A program made the translations under genes and the position numbers. DNA of 64,000 bases, taken from contig CAWDOD010000010.1 of the NCBI GenBank assembly GCA_963803805.1, positions 320,001 to 384,000 of the forward strand, written 5' to 3'. The notes beneath the pieces were generated by a model, which did not search any database, was not told the origin of the DNA, and was given only the letters and a program-made list of their open reading frames with translations. Shown here one piece after another: positions 49,061-59,495 of this stretch (the stretch's first letter is position 1; each line of letters begins with the position of its first letter). The DNA comes from an uncultured cyanobacterium (GTDB lineage Bacteria; Cyanobacteriota; Cyanobacteriia; Cyanobacteriales; CAWCAG01).

Positions 49061-50203
49061 ATGAAAAACAAACAAATGTTAATGATTCCGGGACCTACTC
49101 CTGTACCGGAAAAGGTTTTAGCAGCGATCGCCTCTCAACCTATTAGCCATCGTAGCCCAGAATATAATCAACTTAGTGCTGAAATAACGGCAGGGCTTAA
49201 GTGGTTACATCAAACCGAAAATGATATTCTTCCCTTAACTGTCAGTGGTACAGGGGCCATGGAAGCGGGGATTATTAATTTCCTTAGTCCAGGGGATCAT
49301 GTTTTGGTGGGTTGTAATGGTAAGTTTGGTGATCGCTGGGTTGATTTATGCAAAATTTTTGCCTTGGAGGTGACGAAAGTTGCGGCAGTGTGGGGACAAC
49401 CTCTTGATCCAGAAGAGTTTCGTACTTGTTTGAAAAAAGACCCAAAAATTAAGGCGGTTATTATTACCCATTCCGAAACTTCTACAGGGGTTCTCAATGA
49501 CCTAGAAACTATTGCTAATTATGTTAGTGAGGTTGGGGATAGTTTAATTATTGTTGATGCTGTCACCAGCCTGGGAACTTGCAATCTGCCTGTGGATGAA
49601 TGGGGTTTGGATGTTGTCATTTCTGGTTCTCAAAAGGGTTATATGATTCCTCCTGGTTTGGGCTTGGTAGCTGTTAGCCCTAAAGCTTGGGCTGCTTATA
49701 AATTAGCAAAGTTTCCTCGTTTTTACTTTGATTTAGGCAAGTATAGAGATTTTATTAACCAAGATAGTAGTCCTTTTACCCCTCCAGTTAATTTAATGTT
49801 CGGACTCCGGGTAGCTTTAGAGATGATGCAAGAAGAAGGGCTGAAAAACATTTTTATGCGTCATCAACGTTTAGGAAAAGCAACTCGTGAGGCAATAAAA
49901 GCTTTAGATTTGAATCTGTTTGCGTCGGAAAATGCGGCTAGTCCTGCTGTTACTGCAATTTTTCCTCATCCTGTGGCAGCAGAGGCAATTCGGGCTTCAA
50001 TGAAAAAACAGTTTAATATTGAATTAGCAGGAGGACAAAACCATTTAAAAGGTAAAATCTTCCGTATTGGTCATCTTGGTTTTGCCTGTAATCGTGATAT
50101 TTTGACGGCGATCGCTGCTTTAGAAGTAGTTCTACCAAAGTTAGGAAAAGATGTAACTCCAGGGGCGGGTATTACCGCAGCAAGTTATATTTTTTCTAGT
50201 TAG
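49061..50203 (+). CDS. Class V PLP aminotransferase (alanine/serine-glyoxylate type)
   Basis: LMIPGPTP, HSETSTG, VDAVTS, GSQKG, FRIGHLG. Confidence 0.92.
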   Translation: MKNKQMLMIPGPTPVPEKVLAAIASQPISHRSPEYNQLSAEITAGLKWLHQTENDILPLTVSGTGAMEAGIINFLSPGDHVLVGCNGKFGDRWVDLCKIFALEVTKVAAVWGQPLDPEEFRTCLKKDPKIKAVIITHSETSTGVLNDLETIANYVSEVGDSLIIVDAVTSLGTCNLPVDEWGLDVVISGSQKGYMIPPGLGLVAVSPKAWAAYKLAKFPRFYFDLGKYRDFINQDSSPFTPPVNLMFGLRVALEMMQEEGLKNIFMRHQRLGKATREAIKALDLNLFASENAASPAVTAIFPHPVAAEAIRASMKKQFNIELAGGQNHLKGKIFRIGHLGFACNRDILTAIAALEVVLPKLGKDVTPGAGITAASYIFSS

Positions 50204-50311
50204 CTAAATTTTAACAAACTTGCTTTTAACATCATCCCATTATCTATGGGCGATCGCCAAGCTTAAAACTGAGGATTTTGGCGATCGCCTAATTCAGCCT
50301 AGAACAGTTTT

Positions 50312-50842
50312 CTAAGCAACAGGAACTAAATCAACTTCATCTGTTCCTTGAGTTTCTGACTTACCAGAAGTAATTTCTTTACCATTAACTTCAATGGCAA
50401 AAGGAGTACCTTCTAAATTAAGATTGTAGTCAGTTTTTTCTGTAGTATAACCAACACTAGCAATCATTTCTCTACCTTCATCGGTATACAGAAAAGCTAG
50501 CATTTGATTCTTTTCTTGCTTATTATCATAAGCCCAAATTACCATATACTGTTTTCCCTGGTAATCAAATACTTTAGGCGCACGAGTGGGAACATAGCGC
50601 CCAGGATCACCGAAGCTAGCATCAAGGAAGTTCTGTACAGAATCAGTTTCTACATTAACGTAAGCCACTTCCTGAGCTGATTTTACCTCAGCTTCGTCTT
50701 TGCTTTCATCTACTGGTTCGGCTGGTTCATCTTCCTTACCGCGATTGCGGAAATAATCCACTGCCATTTTTGTCCCCACTGCACCAGCCGCAGCTACACC
50801 CGCACCAGCTAAGATATTACGAAGTTTTTTGAGTTGAACCAT
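50312..50842 (-). CDS. Hypothetical protein with N-terminal Ala/Gly-rich membrane anchor
   Basis: 176-aa ORF, ATG after AAGG. Confidence 0.7.
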   Translation of the reverse strand: MVQLKKLRNILAGAGVAAAGAVGTKMAVDYFRNRGKEDEPAEPVDESKDEAEVKSAQEVAYVNVETDSVQNFLDASFGDPGRYVPTRAPKVFDYQGKQYMVIWAYDNKQEKNQMLAFLYTDEGREMIASVGYTTEKTDYNLNLEGTPFAIEVNGKEITSGKSETQGTDEVDLVPVA

Positions 50843-51312
50843 TGGTTAACCTTTGCTTATTTACCTAAAGAACTAACTCTTTAGATAAAATTACAAAATC
50901 GGCTTTTTTGCAAGTCGAAATGGTCACTTTATTTTTTTTAATTAAATAATATAGCGTTTCTCCCTAAGAGTGAGGCATATCTCAATTAGCAATTAGCAAA
51001 AGCGCCAAAGGGCAAAAACCAGAGTTCAAATCCTACCTTATACTATTGAGGATTGATATATTTCTGAGTTATAAATTGCGATTAGTTTGTCCTAGCAATT
51101 AATTATTTATTTGTGAAGAAAGTAGTGACAGTTTACTTATTTGGCACAGTAATTGTTAGTTATTTAAGCTAGAATCGCTATTTAATACTTTGACAATTAA
51201 TAAAACTGTCACAGCAAATAAAAATATAGAAGTGATAGTTAATAGATTGAATTTAATTAGCTTGATGGTAAACATTTTACCAGGTTGCTAATACCATTTC
51301 AGGATTTTAGCT

Positions 51313-53166
51313 ATGAATAGGGCTTATATTAATAGTATAGGTAAGTTTTTACCAGGCAAACCCATTACGAATGGGGAAATGGAAGATTATTTAGGGAAGA
51401 TTAATGGCCAAGCTTCGCGAGTAAGGAAAAAGATACTTAATAGTAATGGCATTCAACAACGCTACTACGCATTAGATCAGCAACAAAATACAACTTATAC
51501 TAATAGCCAAATGGCAGCTTATGCTGCTAAAGATGCTCTTTCAAGGGGGAACTTAGAACCACAAGAAGTTGATTTACTTGCTTGTGCCACAAGTTGGCCA
51601 GATTTATTAGTACCGGGATTTGCTAGCTTAGTACATGGAGAGTTACCAGAATTATCTCCCTTAGAAGCTATTTCTACCCAAGGTGTTTGTTGCGGGGGAA
51701 TTGCTGCTTTAAATTATGCTGTTTCTCAAGTCAAATTAGGTAAAAGGAGTAATACTCTAGCCATCGCATCTGAGTTTGCTTCTCGCTTATTTAAACATAG
51801 TAACTTTGAAGCAGAAAATAAACTTAAAAATGGTGGTAAACTCCCTTTTGATACAGAATTTCTTCGTTGGATGCTTTCTGATGGTGCGGGTGCTTTTTTA
51901 ATTCAAAATGCCCCTGCTAAGGAAGGCATTAGTTTAAGAATAGAGTGGATTGAATCAATTTCCTACGCCAATGCTTATCCTTTGTGTATGTATGCGGGGA
52001 CTGCTGATGAAACAGGAAGAAAAAGCTGGCTAGATTATCCTTCTTATCAAGATGCTGCTGCTGCTGGGGCAATTAATTTACGGCAAAACATTCGTCTTCT
52101 TGATCAGGTGGTTAAGTTAGGGGTAGAAGGCTGGTTAAAACTGATTGAAACAGGAAAAGTGAATCCAGAAGAAATTGATTGGCTTTTGTGTCACTATTCT
52201 TCCCATTTCTTCCGTAGTAAAATTGTTGATTTATTAGCACAAGGTAACTGTTTAATTCCTGAATCCAAGTGGTTTACCAATCTCTATACTAGGGGCAATA
52301 CAGGTTGTGCTTCTCTCTACCTTATGTTGGAAGAATTATTCCACTCCGGCAAGTTACAACCAGGAGAAAAAATATTTTGCTTTGTCCCAGAAAGTGGCCG
52401 CTTTACCACTGCTTATTTAATGTTGACAGTGGTGTCTTTTGAAAGGGAAACAGTAACCTCAGAACCCTCATCTCTAACCTTTCCTCTTAGTAGTATTGCA
52501 ACGAAAGATTCTAATACTATAGCAGCCAGTTTACTACGGCAATTAGCTTTAGTTTGGTTGGAATTTGAACGCAACTTAAATTCAGTTCCATTGATTCGGA
52601 AACTATACCGTAATGAATTTACAATTAAAGATTATCAGGCTTTATTGCGTAACCTACGTCCTCAAGTAGTAGAAGGGGCAAGATGGATAGCTCGTGCTGC
52701 TTCTAATATGCAAGATTTTCAACTTCGTTCTACCTTTATTGGCCATGCCCAAGATGAACACCGAGACTATCAAATGTTAGAGCGAAATTATGTTTCTGTA
52801 GGGGGTGAATTAGCAGAGATTATTAATGCTGAAAAAAATCTTGGTTCGGAAGCTCTTTCTGCTTTTATTTTCCATCAAGCATCCCAAGAAAATCCTATAG
52901 ATTTGATTGGGAGTATGTTTATTATTGAAGGTTTAGGTAATCAATTAGCAGGGCAATGGGCTTCTTTAATTAAACGAACTCTCAATTTAAAGGAAGAGCA
53001 AGTTTCTTTTTTAAGCTATCACAGTGCCAATGATGAATCTCACATCGGCAAGTTGTCAGCTATTATTAATGCACCTTGGCTAACTCCAAAAATTGCTCAA
53101 CGCATTATTAAAACAGCTAAAGTTACCGCACGTTTATATCAATTACAATTAGAAGAAGTCAAATAA
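51313..53166 (+). CDS. DarB/StlD-like KAS III ketosynthase fused to a heme-oxygenase-like (iron-containing redox) domain
   Basis: Triad GVCCGG / CHYSS / GNTGCAS, FLRWMLSDGAGA, VPESGRF; C-terminal HAQDEHRD, IEGLG, HSANDESH. Confidence 0.85.
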   Translation: MNRAYINSIGKFLPGKPITNGEMEDYLGKINGQASRVRKKILNSNGIQQRYYALDQQQNTTYTNSQMAAYAAKDALSRGNLEPQEVDLLACATSWPDLLVPGFASLVHGELPELSPLEAISTQGVCCGGIAALNYAVSQVKLGKRSNTLAIASEFASRLFKHSNFEAENKLKNGGKLPFDTEFLRWMLSDGAGAFLIQNAPAKEGISLRIEWIESISYANAYPLCMYAGTADETGRKSWLDYPSYQDAAAAGAINLRQNIRLLDQVVKLGVEGWLKLIETGKVNPEEIDWLLCHYSSHFFRSKIVDLLAQGNCLIPESKWFTNLYTRGNTGCASLYLMLEELFHSGKLQPGEKIFCFVPESGRFTTAYLMLTVVSFERETVTSEPSSLTFPLSSIATKDSNTIAASLLRQLALVWLEFERNLNSVPLIRKLYRNEFTIKDYQALLRNLRPQVVEGARWIARAASNMQDFQLRSTFIGHAQDEHRDYQMLERNYVSVGGELAEIINAEKNLGSEALSAFIFHQASQENPIDLIGSMFIIEGLGNQLAGQWASLIKRTLNLKEEQVSFLSYHSANDESHIGKLSAIINAPWLTPKIAQRIIKTAKVTARLYQLQLEEVK

Positions 53167-54023
53167 TGTACAATCGCCAAAATCCTGATGCTTGGCAGGT
53201 ATTGTATTTTGACCAAGCTATTCCTGTAGACTCTGTGGCTAAGGAATATATGATTGAAGACTTACAAAGTTGGACTCGTAATTACTTGCTTGTTCCTATC
53301 AAAGTTTTGGCTAACCTAATGTTAGCTTTAATTATGACTTTGAAGCGGTTGCTGCCCTTCCAATTTAAAGCCTATACTTTAATGCACCGTGTCGCTGTAT
53401 TTTTCTTACAAAACTTTGTTTCTCCGGCAGCTTGTTATTTAATTGTCAGACATATTTGCCTTGGCTCTAACATTGTCAATTTTCTTATTGATAATAGTCC
53501 TGATCCTCAAATCGAAAAATCACAACTCTATCCTTGCAAAATAGAAGATTTAGCTCAAAATGCTTTCTTAGAACATGACCTCATTCTCTATAACTTTGTT
53601 TGGGATTATAATCAAGCAGCAATTAAAAATCCTAACTGGTTAAAAGAAGTTCAAAAAAGAGGAATTGATTATAATGCTATTAGTCCTATAAAAGTAGAAA
53701 TAGATTTTAACAAAAATCGTTGGCTAAGGATTTTAGATTTAGAATCTGCTTTGGAACTATTCAAAGTTTTTTATTCTCTTTGCTTAACTAGCGAAGAATT
53801 TGCTAGGGCTGTTTTGTCACTACAACTTGATGAAAACTTTGCTATCTATGTAAGCAAACTAACAGGTGATTATAACTGGAACCATATTATCTCTAACCGT
53901 AATCCTCTAGCACCTAATAGCTCTTTTCAAGCATCTCGCAATTTAATGTTACATGGAGTCGTTACTGAATATTTACACCGTTACTTAGAAATAAGGAAAT
54001 ATGGAGGTATGAACAATGAATAA
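53166..54023 (+). CDS. Uncharacterised protein (DUF6999-like), translationally coupled to the KS fusion
   Basis: TAATG stop/start overlap; RH..LGSNI..F, FLEHDL.LYNF, SLQLDE. Confidence 0.7.
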   Translation: MYNRQNPDAWQVLYFDQAIPVDSVAKEYMIEDLQSWTRNYLLVPIKVLANLMLALIMTLKRLLPFQFKAYTLMHRVAVFFLQNFVSPAACYLIVRHICLGSNIVNFLIDNSPDPQIEKSQLYPCKIEDLAQNAFLEHDLILYNFVWDYNQAAIKNPNWLKEVQKRGIDYNAISPIKVEIDFNKNRWLRILDLESALELFKVFYSLCLTSEEFARAVLSLQLDENFAIYVSKLTGDYNWNHIISNRNPLAPNSSFQASRNLMLHGVVTEYLHRYLEIRKYGGMNNE

Positions 54024-54121
54024 CTACTGATTTTAGTATTTGAAAGCCTCTCTCTTTTAGGGAGAAGAATATCAAGGCCATCAAGTTTGTGAAGTATTTG
54101 AAATAACGGCATTTACGATTT

Positions 54122-54718
54122 ATGTATCTAAAATTTTCCCAAGATATTGAATATTTACTTAAGGAACTAACTCATCAACCTCTTACCATTAAAGATGTTT
54201 TGCAAGAAACCTCCCAGCGAGGAATCACTTTGGTAATTGCTTTATTGATTTTACCTTTTTTAGTTCCTATGCCTCCCGGTTCAGCAAGTATTTTGGGTTT
54301 AGGATGCTTTTTATTAGCTATACAAATGGCTTTAGGTAAAAATAATTTATGGCTACCGAAAAGAGTAAGTAATTATCAGTTTCCTCAGAAAATCACCATT
54401 AAATTATTACAGAAACTTAGAAGTATTACTAAGTTTCTAGAAAAAATAGTTCGTCCTCGGTTATTGAGGCTATCTGAAAACAGTTATATTTGGCGGCTAA
54501 ATGGATTATGTATCGCTTGGCTAACCATTTTATTAATTTTGCCACTTCCTTTCACAAACTTCATGCCTACCATAGGCATTTTATTTTTAGCCATCGCGAT
54601 GTTAGAATCTGACGGTTTATTAATGTGTATTAGCTACTTCCTAAGCTTAATAATCACCCTAATATTCGCCTTTCTTGGCTACACTATTTTACAAACTTCT
54701 ACCTTCCTTTTAAACTAA
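54122..54718 (+). CDS. ExoD family exopolysaccharide synthesis membrane protein
   Basis: LPFLVPMPPG, LWLPKR, LPLPFTN..P, ESDG. Confidence 0.85.
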   Translation: MYLKFSQDIEYLLKELTHQPLTIKDVLQETSQRGITLVIALLILPFLVPMPPGSASILGLGCFLLAIQMALGKNNLWLPKRVSNYQFPQKITIKLLQKLRSITKFLEKIVRPRLLRLSENSYIWRLNGLCIAWLTILLILPLPFTNFMPTIGILFLAIAMLESDGLLMCISYFLSLIITLIFAFLGYTILQTSTFLLN

Positions 54719-54783
54719 TTTTCTCTGTCTTTAATTGATTTTACGGCAATGGCAAGCCGTATGGGTTTTTATTTTTAATGCAC

Positions 54784-55470
54784 TTACGAACTTGCTTCTA
54801 AATAGTGTTTATGTTCTTCTAAATCAGCTAAAGCCTGTTCATCTTCAACTTGATTGAACTGTTCATAAAAGCGACTAACACTATGAAAAGGATGAGGACT
54901 TTCCAAAAGGATCAAGCGATCGCACCAGTTTCTGAGCTTGTCAACTAGTTCTCGTGGTGCTACAGGGGCGCAGATCCAGATTTGAGCAGGGGCATGGGTT
55001 CTCAGGGTTTGGATCGCCACCGCCATCGTCATTCCTGTGGCGATGCCATCATCTACTAAAATGGCGATCGCCCCTTGAGGGTTTATTTTGAGATCAAAAT
55101 CAGCAAATAAAAGGTGTTGACTTGCTGCCTTTTCTTGTGCCTTATATTGGGCAACTTTTAGTTGTTGAGGGCTTTGTTCTTTCAAGGTTTGAGAATATGC
55201 CCAAAGAACTTGTCCTTCGTTAGTTAGCGCACCAACAGCTAGTTCAGGATTTTGGGGCAAAGCGATTTTTTTAGCAACTACCACCTCCAAAGCACAATTG
55301 AGTTGTCGAGCTAAGGGAAGGGCAACACTAACACCACCTCTAGGAAGGGCATAAACTATGGGACTAGCCCAAATCCCTTCTAATCTTAGCTGAGTCATTT
55401 CCATGACTATTTTCTCAGCTAGTTGTTCTCCTGCACTGAGCCGATCCTTAAACTGAATAGCTGTTGACAT
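54784..55470 (-). CDS. Phosphoribosyltransferase family protein
   Basis: F.DR..AG.QLA, ALPRGGV, ILVDDGIATGMT. Confidence 0.9.
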   Translation of the reverse strand: MSTAIQFKDRLSAGEQLAEKIVMEMTQLRLEGIWASPIVYALPRGGVSVALPLARQLNCALEVVVAKKIALPQNPELAVGALTNEGQVLWAYSQTLKEQSPQQLKVAQYKAQEKAASQHLLFADFDLKINPQGAIAILVDDGIATGMTMAVAIQTLRTHAPAQIWICAPVAPRELVDKLRNWCDRLILLESPHPFHSVSRFYEQFNQVEDEQALADLEEHKHYLEASS

Positions 55471-55642
55471 AGCTATTCCCCCCTCCCAAAATTGACATTA
55501 TTCTGCTATGTAAGCAGACAGTTTAATATTAATTCTTTTTTGGTAAAACAGATAACCACTTGTTTTGAATCTCTGTGTATAAGGGCAGGGAAAAACTATA
55601 CCTGTAAGTTGGCACTGAAGCGTTATAATCACAAGAACTGCG

Positions 55643-55663
55643 TAGGCAAAGCTCAACCTAGGC
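55643..55663. repeat. 21-nt SDR5-like insertion in a HIP1 site
   Basis: GCG|TAGGCAAAGCTCAACCTAGGC|ATCGC. Confidence 0.6.
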
Positions 55664-55690
55664 ATCGCAAACTAGCAACTACTAAAGGCA

Positions 55691-56386
55691 ATGACCGAGG
55701 TTCAACAATTTAGTCTTTTTGATAACTCTGATATTGATAAGTCTCCCTCTCTTACGGAGTCTGAATTTGAGTTAATCCCTACAGATGCTAAGATCCCTAT
55801 TCCCCAAAATACTTATCAAAATCTAGAGCCGTTAACCAATCATTGTCAACAGTGCCAGCGTTGTGAACTAAGTGCAAGTCGTACTAATGTTGTTGTGGGA
55901 CGAGGTAATCACCAAGCAGATATAATGGTTATTGGTGAAGGACCTGGACAACAAGAAGATGAGACAGGTTTGCCTTTTGTAGGCAAGTCTGGACAATTAT
56001 TAGAAAAAATTTTAGCTTCCGTTAAACTGGATACGGAACAAGATATTTACATTGCTAACGTAGTTAAATGTCGTCCTCCTGGTAATAGAACTCCAGTAAC
56101 CAAAGAAATTGAGTCTTGCAAGCCCTATCTTTTAGAGCAAATTCGCTTGATAGATCCTAAGATTATTCTATTTACAGGTGCAACTGCTTTGAAGGCGTTG
56201 ACAGGGGAAAAAAGAGGTATTACTAAAGTGCGGGGTCAATGGTTAGAATGGCAAGGTAGAGCTTGTATGGCAATTTTTCATCCTGCTTATTTATTGCGCA
56301 ATCCTTCACGGGAAAAAGGTAAGCCGAAGTGGTTGATGTGGCAAGATATTCAGAATGTAGCTCAAAAGTTAGCAGAGTTAAGGTGA
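55691..56386 (+). CDS. Uracil-DNA glycosylase family 4
   Basis: C..C.L, GEGPG, PFVG.SG, KCRPP.NR, HPAYLLR. Confidence 0.92.
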   Translation: MTEVQQFSLFDNSDIDKSPSLTESEFELIPTDAKIPIPQNTYQNLEPLTNHCQQCQRCELSASRTNVVVGRGNHQADIMVIGEGPGQQEDETGLPFVGKSGQLLEKILASVKLDTEQDIYIANVVKCRPPGNRTPVTKEIESCKPYLLEQIRLIDPKIILFTGATALKALTGEKRGITKVRGQWLEWQGRACMAIFHPAYLLRNPSREKGKPKWLMWQDIQNVAQKLAELR

Positions 56387-57069
56387 TTTTTCACATTGGG
56401 AAGATAAAATAGTCAGCTCTACCAAACTTGCAATGTGAAACTGTTAGAAAATGGTTAGGGTGAGCCTTGTCTTGAATGTCAAGGTGAAAATAGGTCAGGA
56501 AAACAGTTTTTAGGAACGCAGCTTTTCCACCATATACAGAATATCATGTCAAGGAAGAAAAGTTCAAGGCTTTTGCATAATTTAATATCAATAAGCAAAA
56601 CTTTTCTTTTTAATAGTTAAGGTTTAAATCATTTAAACACAAGCGATTTTCAGCTCTCTTTGTGAAGTTATGTTAATAACGGGTCAATAGGGTTTTGAGA
56701 AGAGTTTCTTTGGTAATAGAATAAATCAAGATTTATAAACAGTGATAATATTGCCACTCTTATACCCAAAATAACTTTTAACTGAGCAAAACCACTAGGG
56801 AATAAGGGTTTGCCTTCAATTGGACAGGTTAAGAAAAGGAATTTTGCACTACTATAAGCCAAAGGAAAATACTTTTTTGGAGGCCTATATTTGACGACCC
56901 ATTGACAAAATATAGATTTAATGGTTAGTGAGTTCTGTTAAATTTAGCAAAAATATTATCTACTATTTCTATTTTGTTTGTACCAGATAATTATTAAGAA
57001 ATACAGCTTGCCTTAGTTAATTCAATAATATGTCTTTCAAATGCACAAGCAGCTTATTAATCCCGCATC

Positions 57070-57984
57070 CTAACTTTTCAACCTATTCTTAACTTTACGC
57101 AACACCTTTTTGAAAAGACTAGGTTCTTGTTTTGGTACAGAAACTTGAGGGGGTTTCTCTTCTCCTTGATAACGGTAATATTCCCATAATTCTCGATAGG
57201 GTGCGCCGGATTTCATGGGTGTACCAGCCCAGTGTAAATACTTTAAACGCCTTTGCCCATCATATAAAATATGCTCTTTTTCTCGGAAGTGAGGAGAACC
57301 TGCCCAACTTCCTGGTTCCCCTGGATTTAATTTAACCAAATTTAAACGTTTATCCGTAGATTTGAGAACTACATAATTAAGAATTGGCTGATCCGTTGTG
57401 TTATGGGAAAAATCAAAATATTCTCGATGGGCAGCACATTCTTTTAACATCTCATACATTTGTTGTTCAGAAAAAATGCCCTTTTTACTTGCCCAAAAAC
57501 CACTATTAAAAACATCTTGTAATTCTGTTTCGGTAAAGATACCTTGTTCTTTGATATCAGGAGCAAAAATATCTATCAATCCTCGTCCCGAATGATGATA
57601 ATCACAACATAAAAACTCGTACTCGTTGAGATAATCTAAAACCTGAGCTATTTTTTCAAAAACAATTATATCTGTATCAATATAAAGAAATTCATCTAAA
57701 GGCCCAAACCAAAAAACAAACTTACGCATCTTATTTGGTAAGGCAAGAAAGTCTCGATCAAATATTTCTCCGACTTTGCTCGTAAAATTATTAACAAAAT
57801 CTAAATCAGGAAAAACTTCTACACCGTGACGTTTTTTTAATTCCTGAGCAACTTGCTGATATTGGTCATTAAAAGGAACTAAAAATACTTTTACATCAGG
57901 GTCATAATACCGAATGCTATTTAAAAGTGCGATTCCATTATCAATCACCTTATCATTGGCAACTATATAAATTCCGCGAGTCAT
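57070..57984 (-). CDS. Npun_R2821/R2822-like putative glycosyltransferase (GT8-like)
   Basis: GIY..AND.V, YIDTD (DxD), FNSG, DQPILNY, YLHWAG. Confidence 0.75.
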   Translation of the reverse strand: MTRGIYIVANDKVIDNGIALLNSIRYYDPDVKVFLVPFNDQYQQVAQELKKRHGVEVFPDLDFVNNFTSKVGEIFDRDFLALPNKMRKFVFWFGPLDEFLYIDTDIIVFEKIAQVLDYLNEYEFLCCDYHHSGRGLIDIFAPDIKEQGIFTETELQDVFNSGFWASKKGIFSEQQMYEMLKECAAHREYFDFSHNTTDQPILNYVVLKSTDKRLNLVKLNPGEPGSWAGSPHFREKEHILYDGQRRLKYLHWAGTPMKSGAPYRELWEYYRYQGEEKPPQVSVPKQEPSLFKKVLRKVKNRLKS

Positions 57985-57994
57985 TGATTTATCC

Positions 57995-58999
57995 TCACTT
58001 TTTCAAACCTAATTTTTTTAACACTTTAGTTTGAAAACTAGGAGGTGGATTAACAGCTTGAGGTTTGCCAGTAAATTGAGGGCGATTTTGAGGTTCGTGA
58101 AGATAGCGATAATGTAAAAAAATATCTCTATAAGCTACTTCCAGATTCTCCCCTTGACATAACCTAGTAAAGGCTTTAGAAGAGACACCAATATAGTGAA
58201 GATAGGTAACTCTTGCCCCTTTATCATAAAGTAAATTATCTTTTTCTTCAAAATGGGTTGAAGTAACTGCACAACCTGTAACCTGCTCTTTAGGTAAAGT
58301 GAAAGATAAGTTGCAAAGAGGAATTTCTCCTCGCATCCTCATATAATTTAAAACCGATTGATTAGGGGCATTCAAATAAAGAACTTCCGCTTCATTTTTC
58401 TTAAGCTGCTCAATTAGCCAAGCTCTTTTTTCTGGCGGAAAAATACCCTTTTTTGCACCAAAACAGCCAGAACAAAATATTTCTGAACGAACTTTCTCTT
58501 CTGGGAAAACTTCAAACAATCGAGGAGAATCTACATTGAAAATATGATAAGGATCTTTGTACTGAAAGTCATAAATTACAAAATCATAATCACCTAGTTT
58601 CTCAAACATAAAATCTAGGGAATTAAGCACTAAAACATCAGCATCAAAATAAATAAACTGGTCAAAATCACTCCGTTCATCAAAAGCAAAGTAGCGGCGA
58701 TTACAAGCTAAACGATTGACCCCTTCAATGCCCTTTTCTTGCCACATCTTCAGAGCATAGGGATGGGTTTGCCAAACTTGTCCAGAAAATTCTTCCCAAG
58801 GTATAAATAAGCTCGGATCTTCAAGTAATTCAACATTCTTTCTCTTCTTTACTTCTGAGCGTACCTTATCTAAGCGTTCATCAAAAGCAACTACGCGAAC
58901 CGGGAATTCTGCACCAACATTAACTTCAATACTATTGAGGAGGGCAACAAGTTGATCGTAAACAACATCATTAGCTAAGGTGTATATACCTTGGGTCAT
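57995..58999 (-). CDS. Npun_R2821/R2822-like putative glycosyltransferase, tandem paralog
   Basis: GIYTLANDVVYDQLVALLNSIE, YFDAD, NQSVLNY, YLHYIG. Confidence 0.75.
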   Translation of the reverse strand: MTQGIYTLANDVVYDQLVALLNSIEVNVGAEFPVRVVAFDERLDKVRSEVKKRKNVELLEDPSLFIPWEEFSGQVWQTHPYALKMWQEKGIEGVNRLACNRRYFAFDERSDFDQFIYFDADVLVLNSLDFMFEKLGDYDFVIYDFQYKDPYHIFNVDSPRLFEVFPEEKVRSEIFCSGCFGAKKGIFPPEKRAWLIEQLKKNEAEVLYLNAPNQSVLNYMRMRGEIPLCNLSFTLPKEQVTGCAVTSTHFEEKDNLLYDKGARVTYLHYIGVSSKAFTRLCQGENLEVAYRDIFLHYRYLHEPQNRPQFTGKPQAVNPPPSFQTKVLKKLGLKK

Positions 59000-59425
59000 A
59001 AAATTACCTAGAAGCTAGGAACATATCCACAGTATGGCTTAGCTTGCTTGAGGTTGGCAATAGCTACGGAGTGGGGAGCAGAGAATAAGGAGTAATTATC
59101 TTTTCTTTTCTAACATTGTAATTACTTCCATAACTCCATCATCGCTGCTTTCAGTGTTGCAATACTTATCTCAATTTTGCTGCAAATTACCTGGATTTCT
59201 TAGGGATGTTTGTGCTATAATTATCTCAATTAGAGAAAAATTAATCTCAATAAAAAAATATTTCTTATGGCGACGAGGTAGGGGCTTTCTTAAAATGGAC
59301 ATAGAAGGTAAACATCTAGCCTACCTGCTAATAATCTCAACTATGATTAGCAATACAACAAAACCAAAACTACTCACACTTCATTTGTAGCCTCGTTTTT
59401 CCATCGCCTGGCAACTAAAATCTTC

Positions 59426-59480
59426 TGTCGGGATGTTGGCATATTCTATCCTTAACAAAGGCTACGCCAACGCCCCGACA
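59426..59480. terminator. Long imperfect hairpin 3' of the porin gene
   Basis: TGTCGGGATGTTGGCATA...TACGCCAACGCCCCGACA. Confidence 0.55.
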
Positions 59481-59495
59481 ATATTTCTGTGAATC

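Noticed and set aside
50950-51060. Degenerate TATAGC-ended MITE upstream of the KS cassette
   Set aside because: The terminal inverted repeats are too degenerate to support without a genome-wide search.
56387-57069. Long AT-rich intergenic region with a 64-aa ORF
   Set aside because: No recognisable motif, RBS or RNA structure.
59154-59390. 78-aa ORF
   Set aside because: GTG start without RBS and no recognisable motif; probably spurious.
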